Shown: positions 10,920-24,400, counted from the first letter of the stretch. The stretch is 62,000 nucleotides of DNA from Lama guanicoe (GCA_013239625.1 MU054391.1:7161095-7223094), one strand, 5' to 3'. Made by a program: numbers and translations. Notes: generated from the letters alone by a model not told the origin.

Positions 10920-11745
10920 ATGCACTTCTAACTCGTCATTTCTAAAATCAAACCAATGATCTTCTTGTGAATTCTTCCTTTTTTGGACCATAGTCAGAGA
11001 ATGGCATCCCTGTCCATCCATAGCTGGACACTTCCTTTTCTCTTCACTTCTCCTATCAATTTACCATCTTAAACATTGCTTGGGTTTTCCATTTCTCTTT
11101 ATCTTCAGCCCCACAAATCTAGGCTATCATCTTCTCTCCGAGGATTGCTTCCAAATGGCCTATTTGTATCCATTCTTGCCCTCTCTTCCTCATTGTCTAT
11201 AGTTGCATTGGTCTGTTTAGGATAATGGTCCAATTTATATTACTTCCTGCTTAAAATGTTTTAGTGGGTTCCCAGGGCTCTTACAATTAAAACCAATGTC
11301 CTTAACATGGTCTACAGAACTTGTGTATCCTAGCCCCGCCTCCCTTTTGCCATTCTCTCTCTGCCCTCTGTGCATTGGCCTCACTGGTGAAAGTACATTC
11401 TACCCCAGGACCTTTGCATGAGTTACTTTCTCTGTACAGTGTTCTTAGGACCCCTCCCTCCCCTCTTAACTTAATTAACCAGCATCTCAAATGGGCCCTT
11501 TCTTGGCAGGTTAGTCTGGTCTGCAGTTCTCCGCTCTCATAGCCCTGCCTGTGAACTTTTCCTTCACAAACTTTGTCAGTGTTTATTATTATACATTTAT
11601 TACTATGATTATTTGATTAACATCCCTTTCCCCTCCAGACCCTAAACTCATGGAGGCAGAGACTGTGTGTGGCTTTGATCCTTTGGTGTTCCCAGTGCCT
11701 GTGTTGCACCTAGAGCAGGGATTTGGAGGATATTTAAGGGAATGC
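10920..11745 (+). mobile_element. LINE-2 3' region relic
   Basis: Typical L2 3' phrases (cttcctgcttaaaa, ggacctttgcat, ggcagagactgtgt...ttcccagtgcct). Boundaries approximate. Confidence 0.7.
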
Positions 11746-13203
11746 TAATTATACTTTTGGACCATAGGGTGAAGAAACCCCAAGGACAACAGTCAAGCTG
11801 ATTATTATAAAAGTAAGAGGTGTTCCAGGGGCTCAGTTTGTTTATTTCATTAGTTCAAAAGGAAAGAGTCTGTTGGAAAGACTTTATCAAGATAAAATTG
11901 TTCTTTGGTGTTTTCTGTTAGTGTGCCTGAGTTTTAATTATTGTTCATTATCTCCAAGGGGCATAAACATGTTAGAGTGAGCATATGCTTTACTTTAGGA
12001 GACTTGAAGCATAAAGGGCCTTTCTGAGTCTCTTACAGAGAGCAGAATGTTCTAGAATTTAGGCAGAAGGCCATTTCAGAGACCTGTTTACTGCAGAGTA
12101 TTCAGATTCTAATTAGTTTGAATTGAGGGGAATGAATGCCAGCATGAATAAGGAAGAGCTATTAAAAACCTCTTCAAAAACTAAAATACATTATTTCAGA
12201 TAGATACATATTTTTGAACTAATACGTATTTTTAGTCTAATGAAGAATTGTTGATAGTGGTGGTTAAGTTACCCACCTCAATAGATTAAACATTCCTGGG
12301 CCTGTTAGCACATCAATTATTTGTGTGCTTATAAAAAGCTAAATAATACTTGAAAACAGTTTGTACCCATCATGTGTTAAGCTGGTCACCCTGTTATGTT
12401 GTTTCTGTCACTCATTTTCTTTATTAACGTTAAAAACGTTAACCTTCCTCCTGACCAAATGACCACAGATGATGAGATTTGATTGTAAAGCCTTTGTCCT
12501 TTGATACCTCTTTCTGGCCTCTGGTTGACTTCCTGTGACATCTGTGGGGCTAGTGGATGTCTTCCCCCCCCCCCTTGCCTGCTGGGGCCAGGCTCTGATT
12601 CACCTGCAGCATCTCCGGGGTCCTCATGGCAGCTTTAGGAGATGGAGCTTATCACCCTTGTGCTGCTGATGAGGAAGCGAGGCTCTGAAAGGTTCCATCA
12701 CTGCCCCAGGTTCCTAAGCCAGAGAGGCAGGACTGGGCCTAGAGCTCTTAGAATTCCAAAGCTCTTTTCATTAACGGAGCATCTTCTATTAATACTATGC
12801 AGTGTTGAGAAAGAGAATGCATCCATGTTTTTCTCAAGCAAAATATGGTGTGAAAATATTTTCAGGCATTTCTATCAGCAATTATAAGAAAATATTTTGA
12901 AAGCCCTCGCGTATCCAAGCAGCCCTCGATAAAGCATTTGCATAAGCTACAGTGATTATGAAGCTTGGTTTAGTGCCACAGACACTTATGGAAAACAGAC
13001 TTATTTCTGTCAAAAATATTTCTCGGCTTAATTGTAGACTTGTAAATGAAGGAGGGACTAGGACCTGCCATCCCTGAGGGGTGTGCCGCTGGGGAAGGCC
13101 CTGGGGCTCGCCCTGGGCCTGGGGGGCCCATCACAGAGCACCAGCTGCTGTGTAGGTGTTTCCCTTTGGTGTGAGCGTGATTCTTTCCCGTCTTCTTCTC
13201 TAG

Positions 13204-13283
13204 GAGAGTAAGCCAGAGCAGTGCTTGGCGGGAAAGAGCCACAGTACTGGGGAGCAGCCGCCGCAGCTCGGCATGGGCACCAG
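13204..13283 (+). CDS. LPIN1: LPIN1 coding exon W8 (ESKPEQCLAGKSHSTGEQPPQLGMGT)
   Basis: ttctctag acceptor, CAG|gtatgt donor, 80 nt, phase fits both neighbours. Confidence 0.94.
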
Positions 13284-13399
13284 GTATGTGCCAGTCATCT
13301 CGGGGTGGTGCGGCTCCATTCTGTGTCCAGCCAGGGTCACGGCATATGCCCAGCAGATGCTGATAAGTTTCCCTGAATAGCCCAGGCCCTGGACCCAGA

Positions 13400-13620
13400 C
13401 AGACCTGGGCTGCAGACCTGGGTTCCAGCCCTGGCTCCGTCATTTACTCTGTGACCTGGGGCAGTTTACTTAAATTGATGTCCCCGTTAATCGGATGGAA
13501 GCAATCGCTCCCTTAGATACTGAATTTCCGAAGTGAATGTGAGGCTTAAGTGGGATACTGTAACTAGAGTGTCCGTCGTGGTCTCGGCATACGACAGCCC
13601 TCAACGCACAGAAGGCAGTA
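13400..13620 (+). mobile_element. MIR SINE relic
   Basis: agacctgggttccagccctggctccgtcatttactctgtgacctggggcagtttacttaa core. Confidence 0.7.
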
Positions 13621-16600
13621 ACTGTAGTGGTCGCGGTGGTCAATGATGCTGATGATGTGGCTGAACCACAGCGTTAACGATGACATGAAAACAAGTTTCC
13701 CTTCTGAAGGAACTTGCCTTTTTTCTATAGTAAACACTTACCAGGTCTTACAGTGATGCTTTTCCAAGTATTGATAGGGGTTCGTATTACCTTGAATAGG
13801 AAACATTGGATTTTGATAATACGGATCCACATTAGTAGTGTTTTGTCTTCAAGGCAACCTAGTCATGTGCAATTTGAGGTAACTTCTCTGAGGGCAGTGC
13901 CATCGCCACTGATTTGATTGTGAGATTACATACTGACAGTGATCTGAGCCAGTGTAACACCTTTTACATGAGACCTCGCCTTCCCGTGCTTAAGAAACCC
14001 AGGATTGCATTTCTTATTTGACAGGCAGAAAATGCTCATGTATTCATTGAAGGCAAGGTGCATCTCTTAATCCTGTTTGTACCTAGGAGGCCAAGAGCCT
14101 GACACAGAGCGGATATTTCTCACGTGTTGTTGCTGTCACTGAAATAATGAGATCTCCCCAGCACGTTGTTGATTCATTGGAGGGGCGGGCTTAGATTTCG
14201 AGTCCTTGGATTCATTCCTGGCCATAGCTCTGTATCTTAAATTATTTTATTTCTAGAATTTATTTTTGGAAATAGAAAGCCATGGAGGTGTCAAGTAGAA
14301 AACAGTCTGATTTCTTTATCATCCTCTGTGGGGAAGCGTGTACAGGAGCTGATAAAGCTGCTTTTGAAGAGGACTCTGCCTGGCGGGGCCAGCTCTTGGC
14401 GGGGATGTTATTGGGAGACACCCTTTCTGTTCCCCTGGTGGCACCCTGGCCCTGCTCCTTCCCACTGGCCCCTCTGTCGTCTGCACTGACGGGAACAGGG
14501 CCCTAGAGCTCGTGTGCTTCTTTCCTATTCTTCACTCCCCATCTCTGGCTCAGTCTCTGGGAAGGGGCTTTCAAGCACAACTCTCTGGGTATCATCTTGA
14601 GTGCACCTGGAATCTTGAATGTACGTTGAGTGAGCTTGGAAGGGAGAAGGCAGGTGTGTTCAAGGTGGAGCTCGGGCTGAGGCTGTGCAGTCCCGAGTGG
14701 GTGGAGAGCAGCCAGGATGGGAGCCAGTGGGTTTTCAGCAAGTGGTGTTGACTCGTAGTCGTGGGGAGCAGCAGGCTGTACACAGCGGACTCGGGAGTCA
14801 GGCTTGGAGTCCTTCACTTTGTATCTGAGTGAAGGAATAAGCATGATGGCCGTGCCCAGAGCGGCCGAGGAGGGGCCACAAGCAGATGCCAGCCTTTCTG
14901 TTCCAAGAAATTGAAACCAGCCGTTCGCAGCCCTGGAAGTGCCCTGCTCTCCTGGGACTCTTTTTGAGAACCTCTCTATTCTGCAGTAACTTCCAAACAC
15001 AAAAGGTGGCATGAGCCGGGACATTTTCGGCCTTCTCTGTAATCTTTGACAAATTCATCAGCCCTTCAGCGTCTCCTCCTTCATCTGTGACGTGGGGATG
15101 AGCATGACACCCACACCGCTGACGCTGGCTCATTTAATCCTCCCAGCAGCTTCATGAGAACGGAGATCCAGGATGGAAAACCTGACGGCCACCCGGGCTG
15201 TGCCTGTGGCGACGGTATCGGGACGGTCAGGAAGGTGGCTCTGTGGTGACCCAGAGGACACATGCTCAACCTAACCGTGCAGTTTCAAATGGTTTAAAAT
15301 TATACTCCACTATATGGCCAAATGCAGGATGTTTGCCAAATCCACCCTGCAGTATGCCAGCCTGAGGCCTGGGGAAGTTGGGCCAGAGGCTCAGAGAGGC
15401 TCTGGCGGGCCAGAACATGGTGGTGGCTGGTGCAGGGTCCGTAGTCCCCTTTCCAGCAGCGGCGTGGCGGCTCCTGGAGGCCGCGGGGTGGGCCAAGGGT
15501 GGGGGCAGGACGCCTTGGCAGCTCTTCCCTAGTGGGAGCATCACCCTGCACAGTTTATTTGAAGCTTTTCGGATCTTCTTAGTGTCTGATACGATCCTAT
15601 TCAGACGTTGACAACAGTGCTTCTCCCGATTAACTAGAAATAGTTAAGACTACAGAGCACGCTGTCCTGGTCACACTACGCTTCTTGATTAAACCTGAAA
15701 AATGAAGACTTGACTTCTTTGAAAAGGATTTAAGGTTTTGCAAAGTCTTCATATAAAGTTCTTTTGAGCAATGTAAATCTTCTCATTTTTGCTGGTGTCC
15801 TAGACTTTTAGTCTCCTAATTAGATTCATGCAGTTGACTGAAAAAAAAGCGTTGGAGTGCTCTGCTAATTGACAGATTTGTGATTGACAGAACAGTCCCT
15901 GAAGTCTCATAATTGAGCAAACAGCTTGTCACCATGCAAGTCATTAAAATACCACTGAAAAATGTACACTGACAAGTGCTAACTTAGTTGCTGTTCACAG
16001 CTCCTGAACACAGACACTCGAGTGGGATGGGCCCTTTTGTTTTGTGCTGTTGCTTCTTGTAGACGCCGCAGAGCAAGGGGTGAGGGGCGGGGGCTGGGGT
16101 GGCCAAGTTTGCAGGTGACCGTGTACTTGTCCTCGCCCGGCACCACCCGCAGCCAACTGGACCGCTCCCATCTCAGTTTCTGGATCTGTGTTTTCCTTTC
16201 TGTGCTCCCCCGAACGTGGCATGCATGCTGCACGGATTTAGGGTTTTGGTTTTTTGCTTCAAAGCAGCAGATGGAAATAACAGCTATTCTGCCTTGCTTC
16301 CGCATCCCACCAGCAGAGGCACACATCGATCTGTTGTCACCAAGAGCTCTGGTTCACATTTGGATGTCATTTCACTCCAAACTGTTGGCGCGGAGCATAA
16401 ACATTTGCCAATTCAATGAGGGGCCCCGCAGCCTCCCCTCCTGAGTTCCCACCCAGGCTGACTGGCTCCAGGACCACGCCTGCCCGTCTTTGGAAAACCT
16501 CTCGGTTATTGGTTCAGAAGTACCAGCGCCGTTCGTAGGATCCACAGGGGTCGGAACCGGAAGGCACTTTTGTGTCATTTTACAGGTGGGCCACTGAGGC

Positions 16601-18397
16601 CCAGAGAGGGATCCTGTGGTCTTGAGGCCTTTCCTGGGACTCATGTCTCCCAGTCCCGTTCTTTCTGTGTGTTATATGCCAGCATCCTGAATTTCTTGGT
16701 GGGTGGGATGCTGTTTGCTCCTCTGCATTTTAAGATGAGGAAATTAGATCTGAAAGAAAAGTGATCTGAGCAAGGTAACACAGCCTGAAGTCCCTGGGGT
16801 TCAGACCCAGGCTTCTCAGGTTCTCACTGCTGTGCCAGCCCCAGTCCACCTCGAACCTGGCCATGAGTGTTGTTGATTCATCCATGTGGAGGTTAGGACC
16901 CCCATGGACCAACCGAGCCCATGTGCTCTGTCTCTGTGGACGTAGTCACCTGTTCCCACACTCCTTCACCAGGGCTGTGTCCTGTTGATGTCTGTGACTC
17001 CAGCCCATATTGTTCTGAGCAGCTCCTGGGGCCCTGGTCCAGCTGCTCTGGACATCCTGGCATTGCACTTGTCCTGCTGTGTTGTGTTTAGACAGAAAGC
17101 CCCCAGGAGAGCAGGGGCCAGGCTGTTTGCTGGAGCCCCCACGCCTGGCAGGGTGAGCCCCAGTCCGCCAGCCTGCAGCCCACAGCAGCCTCTTGCAAGG
17201 CCCGCGAGGCGCTCAGTGGGGTGGGGTGGGGTGGGGACTCATTCTGGACGTGGAAAGAGCCAGTAGAAGGAACAGAGAAGCGGGCTGCTGGGTAACGGTG
17301 TCCTCCCTCTCATCTGCCCGAGTTTGGGGCAGTACTGGATTGCAGGAACTGCTTCTGGAATGAACACGTCGGGTAAGATTGCAACAGGTTACATAGGAAA
17401 TACCTGATCATTTTCTGGTGGAAGGGAAGAGGAGGTAAGGGGAAGACGAGGGGGTAGGAGGGCAAGGTAAAAGCCCACTGAGATAAAAAGATAAGATGGA
17501 CCCCCCATGTGCATCAGCCTTGGGTAAAGGGCTGTGCTGAGCAGGACGCTTTGCAGGACAACGTGCACCCGAGGAGTTGCGACGTGCCTGCTTCGGGGCG
17601 CTCAGCTTTCTCCATTTAGCCTAATACACGTTTATGAGGCACTTGGTATGGTGTTTGGGCATTTTTAAAGAGAATTGTCCTGGGAGCAGATCGAGTGCTG
17701 CTGGGCTGGGGGTTACGCTGCAGCAGGATATGAATCCAGGGAACAGCTAATTCCTGAGATGCTTTATATGAGCTATTGAAGGGAAGCGGGCCAGCTTCCC
17801 ACCCACACCTCCTAGCCCCCCACGAGCAGAGAAGTGGCCTGTGGATTCTGTGCAGCTGAATAAGGTGCAGCCCTGGCTCCTGGCAGCCCGCTTAGGGATT
17901 CTGGAGGAGGATGGCAGTCTTCCGTGGCTTCGCTGGCACTTGCTTGTAGGTCCTGGGGCCCCAAGTTTGGAATTGTGTGCTTGGAGACATGCGTCCAGGG
18001 AGCTGGTCAGTTTGGACATGGGGAAAATTTGGAGTCCTCGTGCTTGGCCCACAGCCTGGGACAGGGGAAGAGGAGAGTGTGAGCGTCCTCCCAGGCAGGA
18101 AGGGAGTTTAACCCTGCTTGTCAGGAAGGGGAGCCTCTCGGTTACAATAGAGTGGCGACCGTGAGTGAACAGGGAAGTGAATGAGGAGAGGCGCCCTCAT
18201 GAATAATTCAGGAGGCGTGTGAATGGGGGTTTAGAGGCAGCTCACTGATGAGTGTCGGGGCATATGGTAAATGACCACCCAAGAGACAGCACTCAGGAGA
18301 GACCCCACTGACTCCGTCATTGATTCCGGCCTAATGCATTTTTAATGGCTACCCAGATGCATTTCCTAATTGGTGATTACATCACCGTGTGTTCCAG

Positions 18398-18524
18398 AAT
18401 AAAGCATGAATCATCGTCCAGTGATGAAGAGCATGCAGCTGCCAAGCCATCAAGCACGAGCCACCTCCCTCTCTTGTCCAACGTCAGCTACAAGAAGACC
18501 CTGCGGCTCACTTCCGAGCAGCTG
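18398..18524 (+). CDS. LPIN1: LPIN1 coding exon W9 (IKHESSSSDEEH...SYKKTLRLTSEQL)
   Basis: ttccag acceptor, CTG|gtgagt donor; YKKTLRLTSEQL starts C-LIP. Confidence 0.97.
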
Positions 18525-19722
18525 GTGAGTGTCCGTTCTTCCCCTGCCGTGTTTGTGGGGGGCGCGGCCGCCTTCCTGCTCTCTGGCTCCTGGTACCCTC
18601 TGCCGCCTTCCGCAACCTCAGGTCCCCCCTTTGGTGCCTCGTGGCTTCACTCACCGTCAACTCCCATCCAGGCCCCCCCTCAGCATCTCGCCCCCTCGTC
18701 TCCTGGATGCAGCGCTGGAGGCTCCTGTTTTCAAATGTTGGAGGAGGGCAACCTGAGGGAGCGAATTTTTCCTGAGGTGTAAATGGCAGATAGACCAGAA
18801 TCTCGTAGGGCTCTTTCCACTTTAGAGGGCTGCTTGTTGAGCGAAAGACATCCCCTGAGTTGGGGGGGATCAAGCACTTGTGAAGGGACGTAGTTTCCGA
18901 TAGCAGGGGGTCATCCTGGTCCCAGTATCCTCTTTTGTGAGGACGTACCAGCAGTTGTACTCAGGCCCTTCCTTCCCTGGACTGTTTCCCACAAGCAGAC
19001 GGTGAGCAAGGGCCTCTGCTCTTGCTGTTGTCCTAAGAGTTCTGCGGGGCCAGGTTCAGCTGTGATGATGTTTGATGGGAAAAGATGACAGATGGGCCGG
19101 GCACCCCGCAGCCCGGCAGTCCCTGTGTGGCTGCGGCAGGCGACCCAGCCAGCAACGCAGGGGGTGACCGAGACTGGCTTCTACTGGAGGGTCCCAGTGC
19201 GGAGACTCAGAACCGCCAGGAAGGGGTTCTGCTGTCTGAGCCTGATGTGCTTTCCTTGGGTCTAGACTGTATGCTTCTGGATACGAAGTGTCCCTGATGA
19301 TGGAGACCTGCTTTCTTCCAGTTTGTGTCAGTGTAATAATCAATAATCATGGTCGTTTCAGGCAACATATTTCCACGCTTGTCTTAGATCCGTCTCCCCA
19401 GTCACGGCCCTTCATACCCAGTCATGCCTGAGTAAGTGTGTCCTTGTCCGGAGTCGTGATGTCCTGTGGCCTCAGAGTCTGTCACTTACCCTGTGAGACG
19501 TGGCGAGCGGTGTTACCCGTGGGCCGTGAGGGGAGCTGGGGCTAATGCTGCCCAAATCCTGGAAAGACCCGTCCTTATCCAGAGCAAGACTGGGAAAGAA
19601 AGAATTGTACGGTGGCCTAGGGCGGTGACTTAGAAAAATCCAGATCCAGCTTCTTATGGAGCGGAAGCCAAATATCCCTCCCCTTGGGTCTTCCCCTCAG
19701 ACACAGAGTTCATGTTTTTCAG

Positions 19723-19871
19723 AAAAGCCTGAAATTGAAGAACGGCCCCAACGACGTGGTCTTCAGCGTCACCACGCAGTACCAAGGCACGTGCCGCTGC
19801 GAGGGCACCATCTACCTGTGGAACTGGGACGACAAGGTCATCATTTCTGACATTGATGGAACCATCACTAG
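19723..19871 (+). CDS. LPIN1: LPIN1 coding exon W10 with catalytic HAD motif DIDGT (19849-19863)
   Basis: tttttcag acceptor, AG|gtgggt donor; [22 protein letters not shown]...[10 protein letters not shown]; DxDxT motif intact. Confidence 0.99.
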
Positions 19872-20352
19872 GTGGGTCCCACTGGCTCGGCGGCCTGGAG
19901 CTGGAGTTTCAGATCCTCCTTCTGGGGCGTCGTGGGGCCGGTGCAGCTCAGTTTCTGGGGCAGTCGGTGCTGCTCCTGGAGTCGTAGCTCCTTGAATTAA
20001 ACAGCTGCAGTGAGGGCTCAGGGCTCGCTTCCCTCTGGGCTCTGTTCCCTGCTTTTGTGGCTTGAGTGGGTGCTTCTGGAGCACACGTTCCTGCGTGGCC
20101 CTTTCACTCTGGTTTAGCAAGTCAAGGACTTGATGGATGATCAGATCGAAGGTGCCCTCTCAGATCTTAACATCCCTCCACAAGCATTCTCGTGCGATGA
20201 CTTCAGTTTCTGGTTTTCTATCCAGAGAGCAAGCAACAGATCTCACCTGCATTTTTCGTGATACACGTACGGTGCGAGGAATCGGGGTAGACTTTTTTTC
20301 CCTTTTCCGATGCTATCTTCACTTTATCTTTCTCGTTTCTGTTTTTGTTTAG

Positions 20353-20439
20353 ATCAGATACTCTTGGCCACATTCTGCCCACCCTCGGGAAGGATTGGAC
20401 CCACCAGGGCATTGCCAAGCTGTACCACAAAGTGAGCCA
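20353..20439 (+). CDS. LPIN1: LPIN1 coding exon W11 with LXXIL coactivator motif LGHIL (20363-20377)
   Basis: tgtttag acceptor, CA|gtgagt donor; [28 protein letters not shown]. Confidence 0.98.
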
Positions 20440-21354
20440 GTGAGTCGCAGCCGCGGCGCGTGGCCCTCTGCACACGGAGCCTTTCCCGCTGGGCTGGCTG
20501 ACAAGCGCGGGTGCCCCTCAGTGAGGGAGGGTCGGCGGGGGGGTGGTGGAGGGTCCTGAGCGCACGGTGAATCCCACCAACTCCAAATTTGAATTCAACA
20601 TGCAAAAGGCAAGAAAGGAAGTGATAGGGGAGTTGAAAATGAGCGGAGAAGGAAGATGGTACGTTGGGGGAGGGATTGAGGTTCCATTCACGCCGCAGAG
20701 TGTCAGATGATCGGATGAGGAAGGGAGTCTCATGTATGCCGAGTGATTTATTTTAGGCTAAAAAGGTGCAGATCCTGAGCAGGTTTGGTGGGCAGCCAGC
20801 AGCGCATGGCTTGCCCACCTGGCCCGGGGGGCCCCTGCTGACGGGCCCATGCCAGGACGTCAGGGTGGGGGAGCAGTTCGGTGGCTCTCTCGTGTCGGGC
20901 ATGTGTCACTTCGCTTAGTTCTCATAGTACCCCTGAAAAGCAAGTTATCATTTCTAAGCTAAGAGAGTTATAACAGTTTGTCCAGGTTCCTGCAGCTGCT
21001 AAGAGGCAGAACTCAGTGAAACCTGTGTGGACCCAGCTCCCAGCCCGTTGCTTCTGCTCTGGTCTGTCTCCAGGGTTCAGAGCCCAGGGCCTCCCCGACA
21101 CTGGCTTGTGCTTAGTCACACCTTGTCTCCATCTTCCTGTGAACTAGAGTCTCTCATGTAAGTGAAACCTCTCCTTCCACGGCTCTCTGTCCTCCAGTTA
21201 CTTAGGGCGGGGAGGTGCCTTGGGCTGATGGGGTTCCCGCCCTGACGTGCTCACCTCTGGCCCACGGTGGTGGTGACGGTGGCGATGGGGGACAGGCAGT
21301 CAAAACTCTTGCCGGTACTTTGAGCACAGATGAGTGAAGTAGACTCCCCTGCTC

Positions 21355-21480
21355 CTCATCCATTCATTTATCCAGCATTTATTGAGCGCCTGTGGTGTGC
21401 CTGGTCCTGGGACAGGCGTTTGGGATGATGAGGAAGTAGACCCAGGCTGGCCTCCGGACCTCGCACTCCAGTGGGGGCGG
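21355..21480 (-). mobile_element. LINE-2 3' end fragment
   Basis: cattcatttatccagcatttattgagcgcctg...gtgcctgg, the antisense L2 tail. Confidence 0.7.
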
Positions 21481-24400
21481 GTGCCCGGGAGGCCCTCACA
21501 TCCCGGTGGGATTGAAAGCTTCTGATTTCTTAGATGCCCGGCTTCTTGGTTTGACTTTACTTTTCTATGTTTCATCTTTAAGAGGTTATAAAAGTAATAG
21601 GTGCTTCTTTAAAAAAATAAAACGAATAAAAAAAACTAGAGAAATGTAAAAATACAAAGGTCACATCTTCTTCCTCCTGCCCCATCACCAAGCTATGTTA
21701 CAGGCTACAAGTACGTTCTCCACCAGGAGAAGTACTGTGACCAGCCTGGTTCTGTCTGTATTTAAAATTCACTTACGTGCTCCCCACCCCCTGCCGCGTG
21801 TGCACATTATTTAATAATAGTATTTTTCTGTTTCATTACATGTGAGGTTTACCTCATTTTTCTTAACCATGGTACAAAAGTCTATGCTATGGATAAACCG
21901 CACTGTATTTAACTGGTCGTCCGTTGATGAACATGGCAGGTAGTTTCCAGTTTTTCACTCTGTCCAACAGTGGTGCAGTCAGCGTGTACAGAAAGGGTTT
22001 GTTGTGTCCAGTGAGCCTGTAAATAAGTGGAGAGGGTACAGCACTTAGGGAAGAGCTGCAGGGTGGAGTCCGCGAAGTAGAGTTGCCGGTCAGAGGCTGG
22101 GCACGTGGGAGGGTTCGGAATGTTCCCGAACTGCCCCCTGAGAGCTTCTGCCAGTCCCGCACCTGTGGACGGTGTGTGCAGAGCCTTCCCACAGCCTCCC
22201 CACGGCCAGCTCTTCACTTCGAAGGATTAATCCAGTGATGAGCTGCCACAGTGGCCAGACGCTGAAACCTGTCTCTACTTTGAGCTGAAAGAAACCCTTG
22301 GGGTCAGGATACCAAGTGGTGGTTCATAGCCTGATTCATTTTGGTTTTTGGAACATACATCTATTCCTGTCCTTACTATAACATTAGGGGAAAAAAGAAG
22401 CCACTATTACTGCTGCTGCTATTTTTTTAGTTTGGATTTGTGTCTCTCTTGAGTTTCCCCAAAAAAGGTATCTTCTTGAAAAGTAAAGTTGAGGGATCAT
22501 TACTTCATTTGCTGAATTGATTTAGAATGGTTCAGATCTGCTGGTGAGGATCCGAGAATCACAGAGCACTTGAGTTACCGCAAGGAAGGCGCTTGACACT
22601 TACTCGTTCTCCGAGTTTGGTGTGTGTCCTCAGTGGCGCCTGGCCAGGTAGCCCCATGGTGTTCAGGGCACTGGCTCTCAACGCAGCTCGGCCGTGGCCT
22701 CCGGGGGCTCTGGGAGGTGGAAGGCTCCTCAGTGTGGCTCTCAAAACCCAGCAGTTTCGGGTCAGCCTTCTGCTGGTTCCTTATTTTCTGCTGCTTCTCC
22801 CCAGACCTTTTTGTGTGAATCCAGGCTGCCGGTTCCCCACCCTGGCTCTGTTGTCCCATCTTCCTGCCTTTTCACGTCATGATGGCTTCTGCTTGGCCTG
22901 CCTTTCCCTCTGATTTTTGCCTCTTGTGTTTTTTCAGCCTGAAGTGCCCGGCTCAGACACTGTGGTCCCCACAAAGCCTTTCCAGGCCAGAAGTGGAGTC
23001 CCGGTCAGCTCTCTTGTCCTCCTCCTCTGGGCTGCCTTTCACCCAAGGACTCGGCCTGGTTTGATGGCCTTTGTGCCATTCATGGGGTCCCAGCCCCGGC
23101 TGGACACGGCTTAGCTTTTGTAGCTGACTGTTGTTTCGAGTGAATACCCATCTCACCGGCCATCTCCCCTAGGTCTTAGGCGGTTGCGGCTGGAAAAGCG
23201 CAGGGATTGAGAACTGGTGAAAGGTCATGTCTCTTGATGTCATATTTCTTATTACCCGGAGACGCGTTTAGGGGAGTGTTTAGCATGACTGAGTACCAGG
23301 AAGAAGATGCCACTTAACTTAGGATTTGGGGACTGATCATGCTTAACCAGACGCTGCTTTCCTTGAATTTTATGCACTGCAGTATTTTCCTAATGGAAAG
23401 ACCAGCCTTGCAGAGAGCCACTTGTTTGGAGACAACGGAAAAATGAGGGCAGTTTTATTTATTTTTTTGCCAAAGGTAATTACTTGTTTGAATACGTCAG
23501 CCTGTGAGAAATGATCTGTCAGGCTGATTATTACCTTGTTCATAGAGAGGATATAAAGCTTGCTGCGTTACTGATTTTAGAAACCTGACTTGGTTATTGA
23601 TTAAACAGAACTATAACGGATATAAATGGAAGATATATGAGACTCCCTCATCTTCACATGCACGTATTCAGTAAGTAGGAGGGAAGTAAAGAAAGCCTGT
23701 TTCCTAAAATGTCTAGCCCACTGGGCCAGTGGGGACTTGGGGGGCTAAGGACGGGCAATAATTGCTCTTATTTTCTACTTTGCTTGATAAATATTTTTAT
23801 AATCGTGTAACCGGGACTCAGTGCGTCCATGACTTAGCAGGAATGAAAGATTCCTGTGTCTCCATAGGTAGATTAGTTCATCCGTGGCCTGAGGAATGTA
23901 TCACCTGAAGCCGGGATGCAGAAAATTGGAAGTGACCATCAGCGGACTCGCTAGGAGCTTTCCTCTCCTGCTCACAGCGGTTGTTCGTTTCACTCACCTG
24001 AGATCTTCCGAGTTACTGCATCATTGCCGTCTGCCCGTGAGGGAGAGCACCTCGCAGTGTGCGTGAGGGAGTCAGGGGACCTGTGTTCACCATAGACCCT
24101 CAGACCCCGTCCCCCACTCCCAGCTTGGGTTTCCCCATCTCTAAGATGAGGATGGAGTAGATGACCCCTCAGGCCACTGCTCGCCCTGCTGCTGGGTTGT
24201 GTGGTTGAAGTCACAAGTGTGAGTGTCCTCCAGCCGAGCACGCTGTTCCAGGCCAGGCTTCCGTGAGAACCCCGAAGATTTAGCTGACTCCGATTGCAGC
24301 CCCTCTGGGCGATGGGGCTGCTCTGGGTGCTAGATGGGGTGCTGACAGCCCCTCCCTTCAGGGATCTGGTGATCATGCAGAAGGAGGCGTACAGCACTCC

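Noticed and set aside
21610..21640. Two AATAAA hexamers in the intron after W11
   Set aside because: They are embedded in an A-rich tract of an old L1-like relic without a clear GU-rich downstream element; likely incidental and prone to internal priming.
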